64,000 nt of DNA from an uncultured cyanobacterium (GCA_963766075.1 CAVYAN010000117.1:1-64000); one strand, 5' to 3'. Positions 41,636-52,797 are shown, numbered from the stretch's first letter. Program-made: numbers and translations. Notes: generated by a model not told the origin, from the sequence alone.

Positions 41636-44227
41636 ATGACGAATCCTGAGCCGGAATCTGCCCACCCCGACACGTCTCCCGCCCCGCATTCCGGGCCGAC
41701 TCCCGATTGGATGCGGCTGCAAAAGGCTTTGTCCGTGGAAGCTGAACGGGGCTTCAACGATGTTGAAGGCAAGCAGCAGCGATTCAGTGAATTTCTGAAC
41801 CAAAGTCTGGCCCAACCGCTGCCGCCGATTCTCGCTGCCGATCAATCGCGCTGGCAAGATTTAGGCCAAAAATTTGCCACCTACGCCGACCTGAGTTTTG
41901 CGCAGCGCCAACACCTGGTTGCCGATACCCGTCGGTTTCTCTATCACGTCCGAAAAGCTTGCGAAGATCAGCCCGTGTTACTGGCAATATCGGCTGCGGA
42001 CAATCGGGAACCAGGGGCAGGGACAGAACACCTTGCTCTTGTTAGCGGACAGTCTGCTCAGCAGGTTACAAAGACCAAGACTCCCAAGACTGTGCCGTTA
42101 GCCACAACCACAGCCACAGCGAATTTAAGTCTGGAGCAAGGGATCACCTATCTACCCGGCGTGGGGCCTAAAAGTGCCGAGAAGTTGGCTAAGTTAGGGC
42201 TATCTACCGTTCGGGATTTGCTGTATTACTATCCCCGCGATCATATTGACTATGCGCGCCAGGTGCATATTACTGACCTGACCGAAGGTGAAACAGTGAC
42301 ATTAATAGTGACGGTGCGCCGCTGCACCGCCTTTACCAGCCCCCGCAATCCCAAGCTGACGATTATGGAATGGGTGGTGAAGGACTCGACCGGCCAACTC
42401 AAGCTAAGCCGGTTTTATGCCGGAACTCGCTACAGCAGTCGCAGTTGGCAGGAACAGCAAAAGCGCCAGTATCCCGTGGGGGCAGTGATTGCGGCATCGG
42501 GGCTGGTGAAACGCGGCAAACAGGGCATGACCCTGGACAATCCCGAAATCGAAGTTCTGGAACATTCCGGGGACTCCATTGCATCGATGAAAGTAGGACG
42601 GGTGATTCCGGTGTACGGCCTGACAGAAGGTGTGCCCGCCGATTTGGTGCGACGGGCTGTGGTCTCAGCGTTGCCTGCGGTCAGCCAAATTCAGGAAGCC
42701 CTGCCGGAGGGGCTGCGTAAAAAGTATGAGCTAACTGGAATTCAGGCCGCGATCGCCAATATTCACTTTCCCGCCAACAGCGCGGACTTGGATGCCGCCC
42801 GTCGCCGCCTCGTCTTTGACGAATTCTTTTACCTGCAACTGGGCTTGCTCCAACGCCGTCGTCTGCTGCGGCAAACCCAAACCAGTGCCGTTCTTGCACC
42901 CACTGGACCTTTGATCGACCAGTTTTATCAGCTACTGCCGTTTCGGCTCACCGATGCCCAACAGCGGGTCACAAACGACATTCTGACTGATTTGCAACAA
43001 CCTGCACCGATGAATCGACTGATTCAAGGGGATGTCGGCTCCGGTAAAACCGTGGTGGCAGTCATTGCCCTCTTGGCCGCGATTCAGTCGGGATTTCAGG
43101 GGGCAATGATGGCGCCCACGGAAGTGCTCGCGGAGCAGCATTATCGAAAGCTGGTGGAATGGTTTAACCAGTTAAGTATTCCCGTTGAACTACTGACAGG
43201 GTCAACCAAAGCGGCCAAGCGCCGTCAGATTCACGCCCAGCTAGAAACTGGAGCGCTGCCGATTTTGGTGGGTACCCACGCCCTGATCCAAGACACGGTG
43301 AACTTTCAGCGTCTGGGGCTAGTCGTGATTGACGAGCAACATCGCTTCGGTGTTGGCCAGCGGGCCAAGTTGCAACAAAAAGGCGAAAACCCCCATGTGC
43401 TGACCATGACCGCCACGCCCATTCCGCGCACCTTGGCACTGACCATGCATGGCGATCTGGATGTGAGTCAAATTGATGAATTGCCCCCGGGCCGTAAACC
43501 GATTCAAACCACGATGCTGGCTGGGACCAAAGAACGCCAGGATGCCTATGACCTGATGCGGCGTGAAATTGCCCAGGGGCGACAGGTGTATGTGGTGTTG
43601 CCCTTGGTGGAAGAATCGGAGAAGCTGGATTTGAAGTCGGCGGTGGAGGAGTACGAGGCGATGCAAGCCCGCTTTCCAGATTTTCAGGTGGGGCTACTCC
43701 ATGGCCGGATGACTTCGAGCGAAAAAGATGCGGCGATTACTCAGTTTCGCGATCGCCTCACCCAAATCCTGGTGTCCACCACCGTGGTGGAGGTGGGCGT
43801 AGACGTGCCCAACGCCACGGTCATGCTGATCGAACATGCCGAGCGTTTTGGCCTCTCACAATTGCATCAACTGCGGGGCCGCGTCGGGCGCGGTGGCTCC
43901 AAGTCTTTTTGTCTCCTAATGAGCAATTCCAAGTCGGAAACCGCCTGTCAGCGGCTCAAGGTGATGGAGCAGTCCCAGGACGGCTTTTTTATTGCGGAAA
44001 TGGATATGCGGTTTCGCGGACCGGGAGAAGTGCTGGGCACGCGCCAGTCGGGCCTGCCGGATTTTGCCTTGGCGAGTTTGGTGGAGGATCAGGCGGTACT
44101 AGAACAGGCGAGGCAAGCGGCGGAAAAGGCCATTGAAAAAGATGCCACCCTCAGCCGCTGGAGTTTGATGCAGCAGGAGTTGGCCTATCGCTACCAACGG
44201 CTGATGGGTGGAGCAATTTTGACCTAA
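41636..44227 (+). CDS. recG: ATP-dependent DNA helicase RecG
   Basis: QGDVGSGKT, APTEVLAEQH, DEQHRFG, MTATPIPRT, QLHQLRGRVGRG. Confidence 0.98.
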   Translation: MTNPEPESAHPDTSPAPHSGPTPDWMRLQKALSVEAERGFNDVEGKQQRFSEFLNQSLAQPLPPILAADQSRWQDLGQKFATYADLSFAQRQHLVADTRRFLYHVRKACEDQPVLLAISAADNREPGAGTEHLALVSGQSAQQVTKTKTPKTVPLATTTATANLSLEQGITYLPGVGPKSAEKLAKLGLSTVRDLLYYYPRDHIDYARQVHITDLTEGETVTLIVTVRRCTAFTSPRNPKLTIMEWVVKDSTGQLKLSRFYAGTRYSSRSWQEQQKRQYPVGAVIAASGLVKRGKQGMTLDNPEIEVLEHSGDSIASMKVGRVIPVYGLTEGVPADLVRRAVVSALPAVSQIQEALPEGLRKKYELTGIQAAIANIHFPANSADLDAARRRLVFDEFFYLQLGLLQRRRLLRQTQTSAVLAPTGPLIDQFYQLLPFRLTDAQQRVTNDILTDLQQPAPMNRLIQGDVGSGKTVVAVIALLAAIQSGFQGAMMAPTEVLAEQHYRKLVEWFNQLSIPVELLTGSTKAAKRRQIHAQLETGALPILVGTHALIQDTVNFQRLGLVVIDEQHRFGVGQRAKLQQKGENPHVLTMTATPIPRTLALTMHGDLDVSQIDELPPGRKPIQTTMLAGTKERQDAYDLMRREIAQGRQVYVVLPLVEESEKLDLKSAVEEYEAMQARFPDFQVGLLHGRMTSSEKDAAITQFRDRLTQILVSTTVVEVGVDVPNATVMLIEHAERFGLSQLHQLRGRVGRGGSKSFCLLMSNSKSETACQRLKVMEQSQDGFFIAEMDMRFRGPGEVLGTRQSGLPDFALASLVEDQAVLEQARQAAEKAIEKDATLSRWSLMQQELAYRYQRLMGGAILT

Positions 44228-44229
44228 AG

Positions 44230-44287
44230 GCCAGATCCCCCAGGATTTTTAGAAATCCCGGGGATCTAAAAATCCCGGGGATCTGGC
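44230..44287. repeat. Imperfect inverted repeat with duplicated right arm between convergent recG and aldose epimerase genes
   Basis: GCCAGATCCCCCAGGATTTTTAGA ... AAATCCCGGGGATCT x2. Confidence 0.7.
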
Positions 44288-44298
44288 TCAAGTGTGCC

Positions 44299-45159
44299 CT
44301 ATAGGAATTCGACAGTCAGACTAATTTCGGTTTCCAGGCTGCCCCCCGGTGGCACGTTGAGCAGGTGCATGCCCGTATTCAGAGCATTGCGAGGGGCAGT
44401 CCAGGGTTCTAGACAGTAAAAGTCCTTGCCCTTGAGGGTCCAGAACACCAAGGTTGAGAATTCTGGACTGGTGTTGAGGGTAATGCGGTAGTGGCGATCG
44501 CGATCGGTCACCTGAGACACAACACTCGTGGGACTCAAAAACGCCGCATCAATCTCCGCTTGGGAAAAATCGAAACTGCCCCGATACTCGATCATCTTCG
44601 CTGTTTGCCGATCCTGATATTCCGCCCCTGGAATATTAAACTCCAGTTGAGCCTTATCCGGGGCGGCAAAGTAAGGATGAAAGCCCACGGAAAACGGCAG
44701 ATCGGCCACAGGGGAGGGGTTGGTGACGCGTTGATGCAACGTCAGCGTCTTTCCCTGGAGCCGATAGGTAAAGGTGACCACAAATTCGTAAGGGTAGCCA
44801 GTGAGGGTTTGGGCGCTACTCTGTAGGGTCAAAACCATCTCGGTACCATCCGCCGCGGCAGACTGGACCTGCCAAGGCAAGTCGCGGGCAAAACCATGCT
44901 GCTTTAATGTGTAGGATTGAGCGTTGTGTTGATAGGTATCATCGGGCAGGTTGCCGCAGATGGGAAATAGGATGGGAATACCACCTCGCACGGACAGTTC
45001 CGGATGGGTGAAGCGCTCCTCTTCTAAATAGAGCAATTCCTGCCCTGTAACCTGCCAGCGGGTAATAATCCCGCCGCGTTCCGGCACGACTTCCACCACG
45101 GCATCGCCATCAGACAGAAGGTAGGTTTTGTATTGCCGTTGCTCAACTGCGATCGCCAT
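44299..45159 (-). CDS. Aldose 1-epimerase family protein
   Basis: RGGIPILFPICG, QHGFARD, GFHPYF, FYCLEPW. Confidence 0.92.
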   Translation of the reverse strand: MAIAVEQRQYKTYLLSDGDAVVEVVPERGGIITRWQVTGQELLYLEEERFTHPELSVRGGIPILFPICGNLPDDTYQHNAQSYTLKQHGFARDLPWQVQSAAADGTEMVLTLQSSAQTLTGYPYEFVVTFTYRLQGKTLTLHQRVTNPSPVADLPFSVGFHPYFAAPDKAQLEFNIPGAEYQDRQTAKMIEYRGSFDFSQAEIDAAFLSPTSVVSQVTDRDRHYRITLNTSPEFSTLVFWTLKGKDFYCLEPWTAPRNALNTGMHLLNVPPGGSLETEISLTVEFL

Positions 45160-45332
45160 TGTGAGATCCTCTTGCGCATCAAATGAGTCTACCGAATCCT
45201 ATGCGGCTCAATCGTTTTTCACCGCTCTGCACCCAACCCAGGATACTCCGGATCGGTCCAACCTTAGTCAGACGCAATCAGAGGCCCTGATCGTAGCGAA
45301 CAGGGCCTCTGACTCATGGATTTCCGATGGCT

Positions 45333-47393
45333 TCATTGCGGTGCTTGGGTAGGCATATCCGGCAAGGCCATGGGTGCAGCAACCTCTGGGGGCACTGCTG
45401 TACCAGCACCGGTCACGGCGGGATCATTGCCAAAGGGCGTGGATTCCGTCGCATTGGTAAAGGTGTTGCTACTGGGCATAGTGCTTAAGGGATCCGGAAC
45501 TACTGAAGGCATGCCGCCATCGGGGAAGACTGGACCGACAGCGGGCAGCGGCGCGGGGGCAGCCGGGGTCGCCATGGCGGGATTTGAAGGGGCGGGATTT
45601 GAAGGGGCGGGAGCATTAGCGCCGATGGCAGACTCTGGTGGTACTGGACTAGCAGCCGGTGTGGATAGGTCAGCCGCAGTCGGGGCCGCAGGCGCGGGGG
45701 CGCTATTCTGAGGGTTGCCCCCCTGAGGCGCGGTATTTTGAGAACCATCATTCTGGGGCGCGCTATTCTGCAATGCCGTGGGTGCCGGGGACTGGGAAAG
45801 GACGGGCGACAGTTGAGGTTGCTGCGTATCCAGCACGATTGGAGACTGCAAGGGCTGCTGGAAGTTGCTGGAAATACTGGCAATATGGTCGAGGATCGCT
45901 TTGCCGCGATCGCCACCCACAACCTTGGGCTGATACTTATCCACCTGGACCGGCACAAATTCCACCTTCATTTGCTGGTCTTTGAGAGCTACCTTTAAGA
46001 CCGCCGTATCGTAGTCACTGCGGGCATTGCCCCCAAAAATAAAGTTGCCCAGAGAGTAGGCGATTGGTCGCCCCTTATAGATCTCCGCTCCTTGCAACAC
46101 ATGGGGATGGTGCCCGACTACCACATCTGCACCTTGATCAATAGTGAACCGGGCCAAATCCCGTTGCCAGTCGGCGGGATGTTCTGCCAGTTCTTCGCCC
46201 CAGTGGTAATTCACCACAATCCAATCCACTTGCGATCGCAGCGCCTTAATATCGGCTGAGATCTGCGATTCTTCCGCATAGTTGGTGCCGGGGGATGTTG
46301 GCGTCGCGGCCTTAAAGTCAGCCCCATAATAGCCCAGGTAGGCAATTCGTTGCCCCTTGACCTCTAGAATTTTGGGCCGACGGGCTTCGGTCAGGTTGTG
46401 GCCAGCCCCCACATGCTGAATCCCGGCTTTATCCAAGGTTTCCAGGGTATCCGTCAAGCCCTGCTCCTGAAAGTCCATCGTATGGTTATTGGCAAGGTTC
46501 ACAATATCAACCCCACCGTCCTTCAGCACAGCAGCGGCATCCGGATCCGCCTTGAAATTGAATTGTTTGTCCGGCAGGGGCGTTTCGGCTCGGGTCAAGG
46601 GATTTTCCAGGTTGACCATGGCGACGTCGGCTTGCCGATACTCATCCATCTGGGCAAAGGCCCATTTGTAATCCTGGCCAATGGCGTCCGCAAAGGATTC
46701 CGCAAAAGTGACATCGCCTGCAAACATTAGGTTTACGGCTGGATCGGTCGGATTGTTAATGGTATTCGGCTTGATCACCGGGATGGTTTCAGCAGCGGCC
46801 TGCACTTCGTGGGTGCGGGGTGGCTTGACGGGTGGTGCAGCCAACAGCGGGGAATTGGCTTTGGCCGCAGTGAGCGCACTGGCTTGATCGGGAGGGGCTT
46901 TGGCATATCCCAAGACACAGCCAAAGGCAAAGGCCGCTACAGCAGAACCACACAGCAGGGTCGATCGCAACACTCTCAGCCGCACCCGATCGCGACTGGT
47001 GCGCCGCACCTTCACCCGCAGCGATCGCGATTGCACTTGACGATTACGGCGGGCCGGTGAGGCAATCCGCACCGCCTGCTGCCACAGGATCTCGCGCTCA
47101 TTGCTAAACCCAGCAGCCACCCGCACGCCTTCAATCACCGCCGAATTCAGTTTCCACAGACGGTGGCAAACAAACCGCACCAGCAATTCCCGTCCCGGAC
47201 CGAGCAATTCCTCGCGCTCGATCACGGGCGGCAACTCCAGCACCACATGCAGACAGCCCGGTCGCACCGCTCCTACCGAGGCCCAAATGCCATAGGGGGC
47301 TAGGGCATCATTGAGCCACTGGGCGATCGCTTGAAAATTTCCCGCACGAGCGAGCTTAATCCAAGTAGACTCGGGACTATCGACGTAGACCAT
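45333..47393 (-). CDS. CapA (PGA_cap metallophosphoesterase-fold) protein with N-terminal cytoplasmic domain, TM and Pro/Ala-rich tail
   Basis: FAGDV, VNLENP, LANNHTMD, HWGEE, GHHPHVLQ, YSLGNFIF. Confidence 0.9.
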   Translation of the reverse strand: MVYVDSPESTWIKLARAGNFQAIAQWLNDALAPYGIWASVGAVRPGCLHVVLELPPVIEREELLGPGRELLVRFVCHRLWKLNSAVIEGVRVAAGFSNEREILWQQAVRIASPARRNRQVQSRSLRVKVRRTSRDRVRLRVLRSTLLCGSAVAAFAFGCVLGYAKAPPDQASALTAAKANSPLLAAPPVKPPRTHEVQAAAETIPVIKPNTINNPTDPAVNLMFAGDVTFAESFADAIGQDYKWAFAQMDEYRQADVAMVNLENPLTRAETPLPDKQFNFKADPDAAAVLKDGGVDIVNLANNHTMDFQEQGLTDTLETLDKAGIQHVGAGHNLTEARRPKILEVKGQRIAYLGYYGADFKAATPTSPGTNYAEESQISADIKALRSQVDWIVVNYHWGEELAEHPADWQRDLARFTIDQGADVVVGHHPHVLQGAEIYKGRPIAYSLGNFIFGGNARSDYDTAVLKVALKDQQMKVEFVPVQVDKYQPKVVGGDRGKAILDHIASISSNFQQPLQSPIVLDTQQPQLSPVLSQSPAPTALQNSAPQNDGSQNTAPQGGNPQNSAPAPAAPTAADLSTPAASPVPPESAIGANAPAPSNPAPSNPAMATPAAPAPLPAVGPVFPDGGMPSVVPDPLSTMPSSNTFTNATESTPFGNDPAVTGAGTAVPPEVAAPMALPDMPTQAPQ

Positions 47394-47785
47394 AAAAATT
47401 CCTCACTCCACTGCCGTGCTCAAGCTGGGACGGCTAAAGCCCTGATGTTGAACCCCGGATTCTGTGACCGTTCTAACCCTTGATCCCCAAGAGTTCGCAG
47501 CGGCAGCATGGCCCTAGCGAACACGTTCAGATCATCCCAGAGTGACGCTCAATTGATGCTCCTAATTATTGATACCTCATAATTTTAAATTGGATAGAAA
47601 ATCTTGAAACCGCGCCACCTCTTGAAACCGCGCCTAGGCAGACAAACCTGACCGTGGATCGGAATCCCGTGATATGGGTCACGTGGAACCCGACGTGAAA
47701 TCACCCAGAGGGGCGATCGCCATCAGCCCCGTCCCCCCCTTCATCGCGCATAGTTGTAAAGTAATCGTCATCCCGTCAACGCTCT

Positions 47786-48016
47786 ATGCTTAACACTCTG
47801 ATCCAATCGGCTTTCCAAACGGGATACCTGAGCGTGGAATCCGAAGGACTCATTCGCCAGGTGTTAGACATCGGCAGTTGCACCACTGCCGACATGCAAG
47901 CGCTGGAAAAGCTCTACGCCGCCGTCAATGTCGGTACTATCCAGCGCGAAGCCCACAAACGGCTCCCCATGCCCGCGATTCGTACAGCCATGGCCCACCG
48001 CTGGCTGCCCCGGTAG
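47786..48016 (+). CDS. Small conserved hypothetical protein
   Basis: LIQSAFQTGYLSVESE..IRQ...ALEKLYAAVN.G.IQRE resembles a common small cyanobacterial family. Confidence 0.6.
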   Translation: MLNTLIQSAFQTGYLSVESEGLIRQVLDIGSCTTADMQALEKLYAAVNVGTIQREAHKRLPMPAIRTAMAHRWLPR

Positions 48017-48096
48017 GGTCAGTCTTCTCCAAAATCCAAAAATCCAAAGGCCCCAATTCATCCGACAATGGGGCAGTTCTCCACAATTTCCTTGCT

Positions 48097-49497
48097 ATGG
48101 CGACACTGCCTGCTCATGTTCAGGATTTACTGACTGATCTGATTGCCCGCTATCGCAGTCATGTCGATTATTTGGCCATTCGGCTGGAATCCTCAGAAGG
48201 CGCAGATATTTTACTGCGAGGCACAAAAATTGAAACCCTCAGCGAGGGGTTGTCCCTCGGGGGCCAAGTCCGGGCTTGCCACAAAGGCGGCTGGGGATTT
48301 GCTAGCTTTAATCGTTTAGAGTCTTTGCAGGAGCGCATTCAAGAGGCGATCGCTGCTGCTCGGATGGTGGGAGACGAAGAAACAGTGCTTGCCCCCGTTG
48401 CCCCCGTCCAGGACACCTGCATTTTGCCGCTGATGGGCAGCGATCCCCGCTATATTCCGCTGCTCCAAAAGAAAGAACTCTGTCAGTACTATGGTGAAAT
48501 TCTGCACAGTGTCAGTCCCCAAATTGCTACGGTTTCTGTGCGGTATGGCGATAGTGCCCAGCGAATGATTCTGGCGACGTCGGAAGGAACGTTACTGGAT
48601 CAGTCCTGGGTTGATGTGGAAATGCGCTTTGCCGCAACGGCCCGCAACGGCGAAACGGTCCAAACCGGGCGTGAAACCGTGGGCTCTCGCAAAGCCTATG
48701 AAGATTTAGTCGGGCTGGATGCCCAAGTGCGCGGTGCCGCCCAACGCGCCGTCAACGCTTTGGTACTGCCACCAGTCCGGGGCAATACCTATACGGTGGT
48801 GATTGATCCGATTTTGACGGGCCTGTTTGTCCACGAGGCATTTGGACATTTGTCCGAAGCCGATATGGCCTATGAAAACCCCGACCTTCTGGAAGTGATG
48901 AGTTTAGGACGGCAGTTTGGGCCATCGGATTTGCAGATTTATGATGGGGCTGCCCCCGAGGGGCATCGGGGCAGCTACCGCTATGACGACGAAGGCACCC
49001 CCGCCACCACTACTCAATTAATCCAGAATGGGGTGCTGGTGGGCCGGTTGCATTCTCGCGAAACGGCAGGTAAGCTGCAGGAACTGCCCACAGGCAATGC
49101 CCGCTGTTTGAGCTACCACTACCCACCTATCGTGCGGATGACCAATACCTGGATCGAGCGCGGTAAAACTCCTGTTCGGGATTTGTTGAGTGGCATCCAG
49201 ACGGGGGTTTATGCGCGTAATTGGTTGGGGGGAATGACCAATGGTGAAATGTTTACCTTTACTGCCGGGGAAGCCTGGATGATCCGCAATGGGGAATTGG
49301 CAGAACCGGTGCGCGACGTTACGCTGTCGGGCAATGCTTTTAAGACGCTGGGTGATATTGAGGCGATCGGGGATGACTTCTTTTGGGATGAGTCTGGCGG
49401 TTGTGGCAAAGGCGGCCAAAGCGGGCTAGCCGTGGGCTGTGGTGGCCCCAGTTTACGCATTCGGGATGTGGTTGTGGGTGGGGAAGCCTTGGACTAA
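48097..49497 (+). CDS. tldD: TldD/PmbA family metalloprotease (TldD)
   Basis: FVHEAFGHLSEAD, YDDEGTP, VRMTNT, GGCGKGGQ. Confidence 0.92.
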   Translation: MATLPAHVQDLLTDLIARYRSHVDYLAIRLESSEGADILLRGTKIETLSEGLSLGGQVRACHKGGWGFASFNRLESLQERIQEAIAAARMVGDEETVLAPVAPVQDTCILPLMGSDPRYIPLLQKKELCQYYGEILHSVSPQIATVSVRYGDSAQRMILATSEGTLLDQSWVDVEMRFAATARNGETVQTGRETVGSRKAYEDLVGLDAQVRGAAQRAVNALVLPPVRGNTYTVVIDPILTGLFVHEAFGHLSEADMAYENPDLLEVMSLGRQFGPSDLQIYDGAAPEGHRGSYRYDDEGTPATTTQLIQNGVLVGRLHSRETAGKLQELPTGNARCLSYHYPPIVRMTNTWIERGKTPVRDLLSGIQTGVYARNWLGGMTNGEMFTFTAGEAWMIRNGELAEPVRDVTLSGNAFKTLGDIEAIGDDFFWDESGGCGKGGQSGLAVGCGGPSLRIRDVVVGGEALD

Positions 49498-49633
49498 TAG
49501 CTTGGACTAGTGCAGCAAGGCTGAATTGAAAATTAAAAATGTAAAGTTAAAAATGTAAGGTTAAAAAATGCCGAGCCTGCACAGCTTTTGCGGCTTTTTA
49601 ACTGCTCTGAAGCCGTCCTCATGGCCTCTATTG

Positions 49634-50212
49634 TCATGCTTGCCAATCTTCGTCCTTACCCAATTCTCCCCGCCCTCGTCGCTTGCGGGCTTCCATAGCT
49701 TTTTCCAGCAAGCTGAGCAATCCGGGGGACTCTTCCTGGAGTTGCAGCAACAACCGTTCGCCTTCGGCGATGTCGCCTGGATCTTCGCCCAGTTCCATGA
49801 CGGTTTGGAGACGGGGCAGGGCAATTTCATCCACAAGCTCCACGAGGCTATCCAGACAGCGATTGAACTGACGTTCGGTCAAGGTGGAGTCTTCTAGGGG
49901 GAATTCGATGATGGCACGGATTTCGCCGTCGGAGGGATCGTATTCCCATTGCAGCATTTTGGTTTCCCAGGAAATGCACAGCATAGTTTGCAAAATCGCG
50001 GCTTTATGGGGATGGTCTTTGACGCCACAGAGAATGCGGGGGGCAAAGAGTTCAAAAAATTCGCCGTCTTCGTCCAGTTGAATGACGATCAAAAACTGTT
50101 CGACGGCTTCCGCAAAGACCCCCGTAAGGATGCGATTTTCGGCGGTGTCGATTTTGTATTTCCAGCCCTTGTGGTCGAGATAACCTGCAATTTGTGGTAA
50201 CGTTGCGCCCAT
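49634..50212 (-). CDS. YbjN-like conserved protein
   Basis: IQLDEDGEF, ISWETKMLQWEYDPSDGEIRA. Confidence 0.7.
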   Translation of the reverse strand: MGATLPQIAGYLDHKGWKYKIDTAENRILTGVFAEAVEQFLIVIQLDEDGEFFELFAPRILCGVKDHPHKAAILQTMLCISWETKMLQWEYDPSDGEIRAIIEFPLEDSTLTERQFNRCLDSLVELVDEIALPRLQTVMELGEDPGDIAEGERLLLQLQEESPGLLSLLEKAMEARKRRGRGELGKDEDWQA

Positions 50213-50470
50213 TTCAACTCTCTCTATCAGGTCGATCAGGTCGGACAAGCAGGTCGGATTACCTGGGAAATGTCGAGCTTGCCGACTTCCTGTATCCAAC
50301 AGTACTGGATGAATGCAGCACTGGATAAATCCAATACTGGCAGATAGTTTCTGATTATACTCTGCTGAGTTCGGTACAGTACCTAGCTGAGTCTCGTACT
50401 TAGCTGAGTACCGTACTCGGTCGAGGACTATGCTCGATTAATCTTTTGCTCAGTTTATAACTATCTGGAG

Positions 50471-51130
50471 CTATCTGGGGAGTGTTATGGGCGGGGCGGG
50501 GCTGAGCGCGATCGCCTGATCGATCTGAGAAAAGAGCATTTCCGGCGTCGTAGAGTTGTCCAGCACCACATCAGCAAGGCGAATCTTTTTATCAATCGCG
50601 ATTTGGCTGTCCATCCGGGCTTGGATCTGGTCAGGGGGCAGGCGATCGCGTTGACGCAATCGCTCGACTTGTTGCGCCTCTCCACAGTGAACGACCCAGA
50701 TTTCGGTGACGAGGTCAGTCATGCGGGCTTCAAACAAGAGGGGAATCACCAATACAACAATGGGATAACGCTGAATGTCATTGAGGGGAGCCGTTTGCAG
50801 GCAGGTCATTAAGTGATCGCGCACGTAGGGATGGATGTGTTGTTCTAGCCATTGCCGCTCAGCCGGGGTCGAAAAGATAATCTCACCGAGTCGCCGTCGG
50901 TTGAGGCTGCCATCCGCATGGAGAATACCCGGACCATAGCGATCGCTGATCGCAGCCAGCGCCACTGATCGGGGGGCAACTGCAAGGCGCGCCAAAACGT
51001 CCGCATCGAGAATAGGTAGCCGATGTCTCTTGGCTAAATAGTCTGACACCATTGTTTTTCCCATGCCGATCCCCCCCGTCAAGCCAATAATCCGGCGAGG
51101 GGTAGAGGATTCAGTACTGCGCATTCTCAT
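50471..51130 (-). CDS. coaE: Dephospho-CoA kinase
   Basis: IGLTGGIGMGKT, LDAD, IHPYV, IPLLFE. Confidence 0.95.
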   Translation of the reverse strand: MRMRSTESSTPRRIIGLTGGIGMGKTMVSDYLAKRHRLPILDADVLARLAVAPRSVALAAISDRYGPGILHADGSLNRRRLGEIIFSTPAERQWLEQHIHPYVRDHLMTCLQTAPLNDIQRYPIVVLVIPLLFEARMTDLVTEIWVVHCGEAQQVERLRQRDRLPPDQIQARMDSQIAIDKKIRLADVVLDNSTTPEMLFSQIDQAIALSPAPPITLPR

Positions 51131-51493
51131 TGGTTAAGTCAACCTGGCTAGGCGTGGCAACACAAGCGAAAACATAGCAGGATTTAGATGTGGCAGGAAC
51201 CCCGTACCCGTGATTTTAGATCGTTGAGTATGTTCTGGCCAATCCGATTCAGCCCTGCTATGTCTGCGGTCCTAGAGAGGATGCCAAACGATGGCACAGC
51301 TATCCGCACGCCCCTAGTGGGAAACAATAGGGGGACCAGGCAGGATCCTGCAATCCCGAAAGCGCGCTTCGGGGCGGCCTCAGAATTGGTCTGCTGCGGG
51401 CCAATCTTTCGAGTTTTTCAATGCTGGGGATGGCTGGGGGAGGGGCGATGGACTCTACAATAGAGGCTGTAGAACATAAACCAAGGATGTCCC

Positions 51494-51835
51494 ATGCTGG
51501 TTAAGTCAACAACGCGCCATATCCATATTTTTTCGGCAACGGTGGAAAACAATGAACTGGTGCCTAGTGATAATGTGCTCACGCTGGATGTGGACCCCGA
51601 TAACGAGCTGAACTGGAGCGAGGAATCTCTGCAACAGGTTTATCGGAAGTTTGATGAATTGGTAGAATCCTCTAGCGGTGAAGAACTAACGGAATACAAT
51701 ATTCGCCGCATTGGCTCGGACTTAGAGCACTTCGTGCGATCGCTGCTGCTGAAGGGCGAGGTTTCCTACAACCTCAATAGCCGAGTGCTGAACTACAGCA
51801 TGGGCTTACCTCGGGTTGAGGCCGCTGAGGCTTAA
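51494..51835 (+). CDS. ndhM: NAD(P)H-quinone oxidoreductase subunit M
   Basis: KSTTRHIHIF, LTLDVDPDNE, TEYNIRRIGSDLEHF, LNYSMGLP. Confidence 0.95.
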   Translation: MLVKSTTRHIHIFSATVENNELVPSDNVLTLDVDPDNELNWSEESLQQVYRKFDELVESSSGEELTEYNIRRIGSDLEHFVRSLLLKGEVSYNLNSRVLNYSMGLPRVEAAEA

Positions 51836-52071
51836 CCTCAGCGTCAGAAAACTTAAAAAATTCCTGACTGGCAACATCCTAGCCCCTATGAACCAGCACC
51901 CCAGTAGCGGTTGGTGCTTGGACGGCGTTGTTTGCAAGGTGGCCTAGTGCGCGAACTTCAGAATTTTTAACAAAATCTCTCATCAAATCAGTTTAACGTA
52001 ACGAAATAGGTGGTTTGGCATCGGCAAACACAGATGCACCCATGAATTAACGTTAGCTTGGGAAATTTAGT

Positions 52072-52797
52072 ATGAGTGGTAATCTAGCGGCCAAATTGCG
52101 CGAAGGGACTAAGAAGTCTCACTCAATGGCAGAAAATACCGGCTTTGTCGCCTGCTTTTTGAAAGGAACGGTTGAAAAAAACTCCTATCGGAAGCTGGTG
52201 TCTAACCTGTACTTTGTCTATTCGGCAATGGAAGAAGAAATGGAGCGCCAAAAGGATCATCCGATTGTGTCCCGCATTTATTTTCCAGAGTTGAACCGTA
52301 AGGACGCTTTGGAGCAGGATTTGGCTTTTTACTATGGTCCTAATTGGCGTCATGAAGTTGCGCCGTCAGATGCGGCCAAGTCCTACATCAGCCGGATTCG
52401 CCAGGTTTCCAATACGGCCCCAGAACTGCTAGTGGCCCATTCCTACACCCGTTACTTGGGAGATCTTTCCGGTGGGCAAATCCTGAAAAAGATTGCCGTC
52501 ACTGGAATGAACCTGAATGATGGTCAGGGGACTCACTTTTACGAGTTTCCGACGATTACCGACGAGAAAGCGTTCAAAACCACCTATCGTCAGGCGATGG
52601 ATGCGTTACCTGTGGATGATGCTACCGGCGATCGCATCGTCGATGAAGCCAACGATGCCTTTGGCATGAACATGACCATGTTCAAGGAATTGGAAGGCAG
52701 CTTAATTAAGGCGATCGGGGTGCAACTGTTCAATCTCCTGTCACGGCGGCGGGGCCGGGGCAGCACTGAACCTGAAGAATTTGCCACGGCAGATTAA
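52072..52797 (+). CDS. ho1: Heme oxygenase (biliverdin-producing)
   Basis: LREGTKKSHSMAEN, HSYTRYLGDLSGGQIL, EANDAFGMN. Confidence 0.95.
   Translation: MSGNLAAKLREGTKKSHSMAENTGFVACFLKGTVEKNSYRKLVSNLYFVYSAMEEEMERQKDHPIVSRIYFPELNRKDALEQDLAFYYGPNWRHEVAPSDAAKSYISRIRQVSNTAPELLVAHSYTRYLGDLSGGQILKKIAVTGMNLNDGQGTHFYEFPTITDEKAFKTTYRQAMDALPVDDATGDRIVDEANDAFGMNMTMFKELEGSLIKAIGVQLFNLLSRRRGRGSTEPEEFATAD

Noticed and set aside
47878..48096. 73-aa N-terminal extension of TldD
   Set aside because: Overlaps the small gene 47786-48016 and a repeat; homology-like sequence starts at ATG 48097.
49530..49570. TGTAA repeats as an RpaB HLR1 site
   Set aside because: Period is 14 nt rather than 10, and it lies between convergent gene ends; better explained as a tandem duplication.
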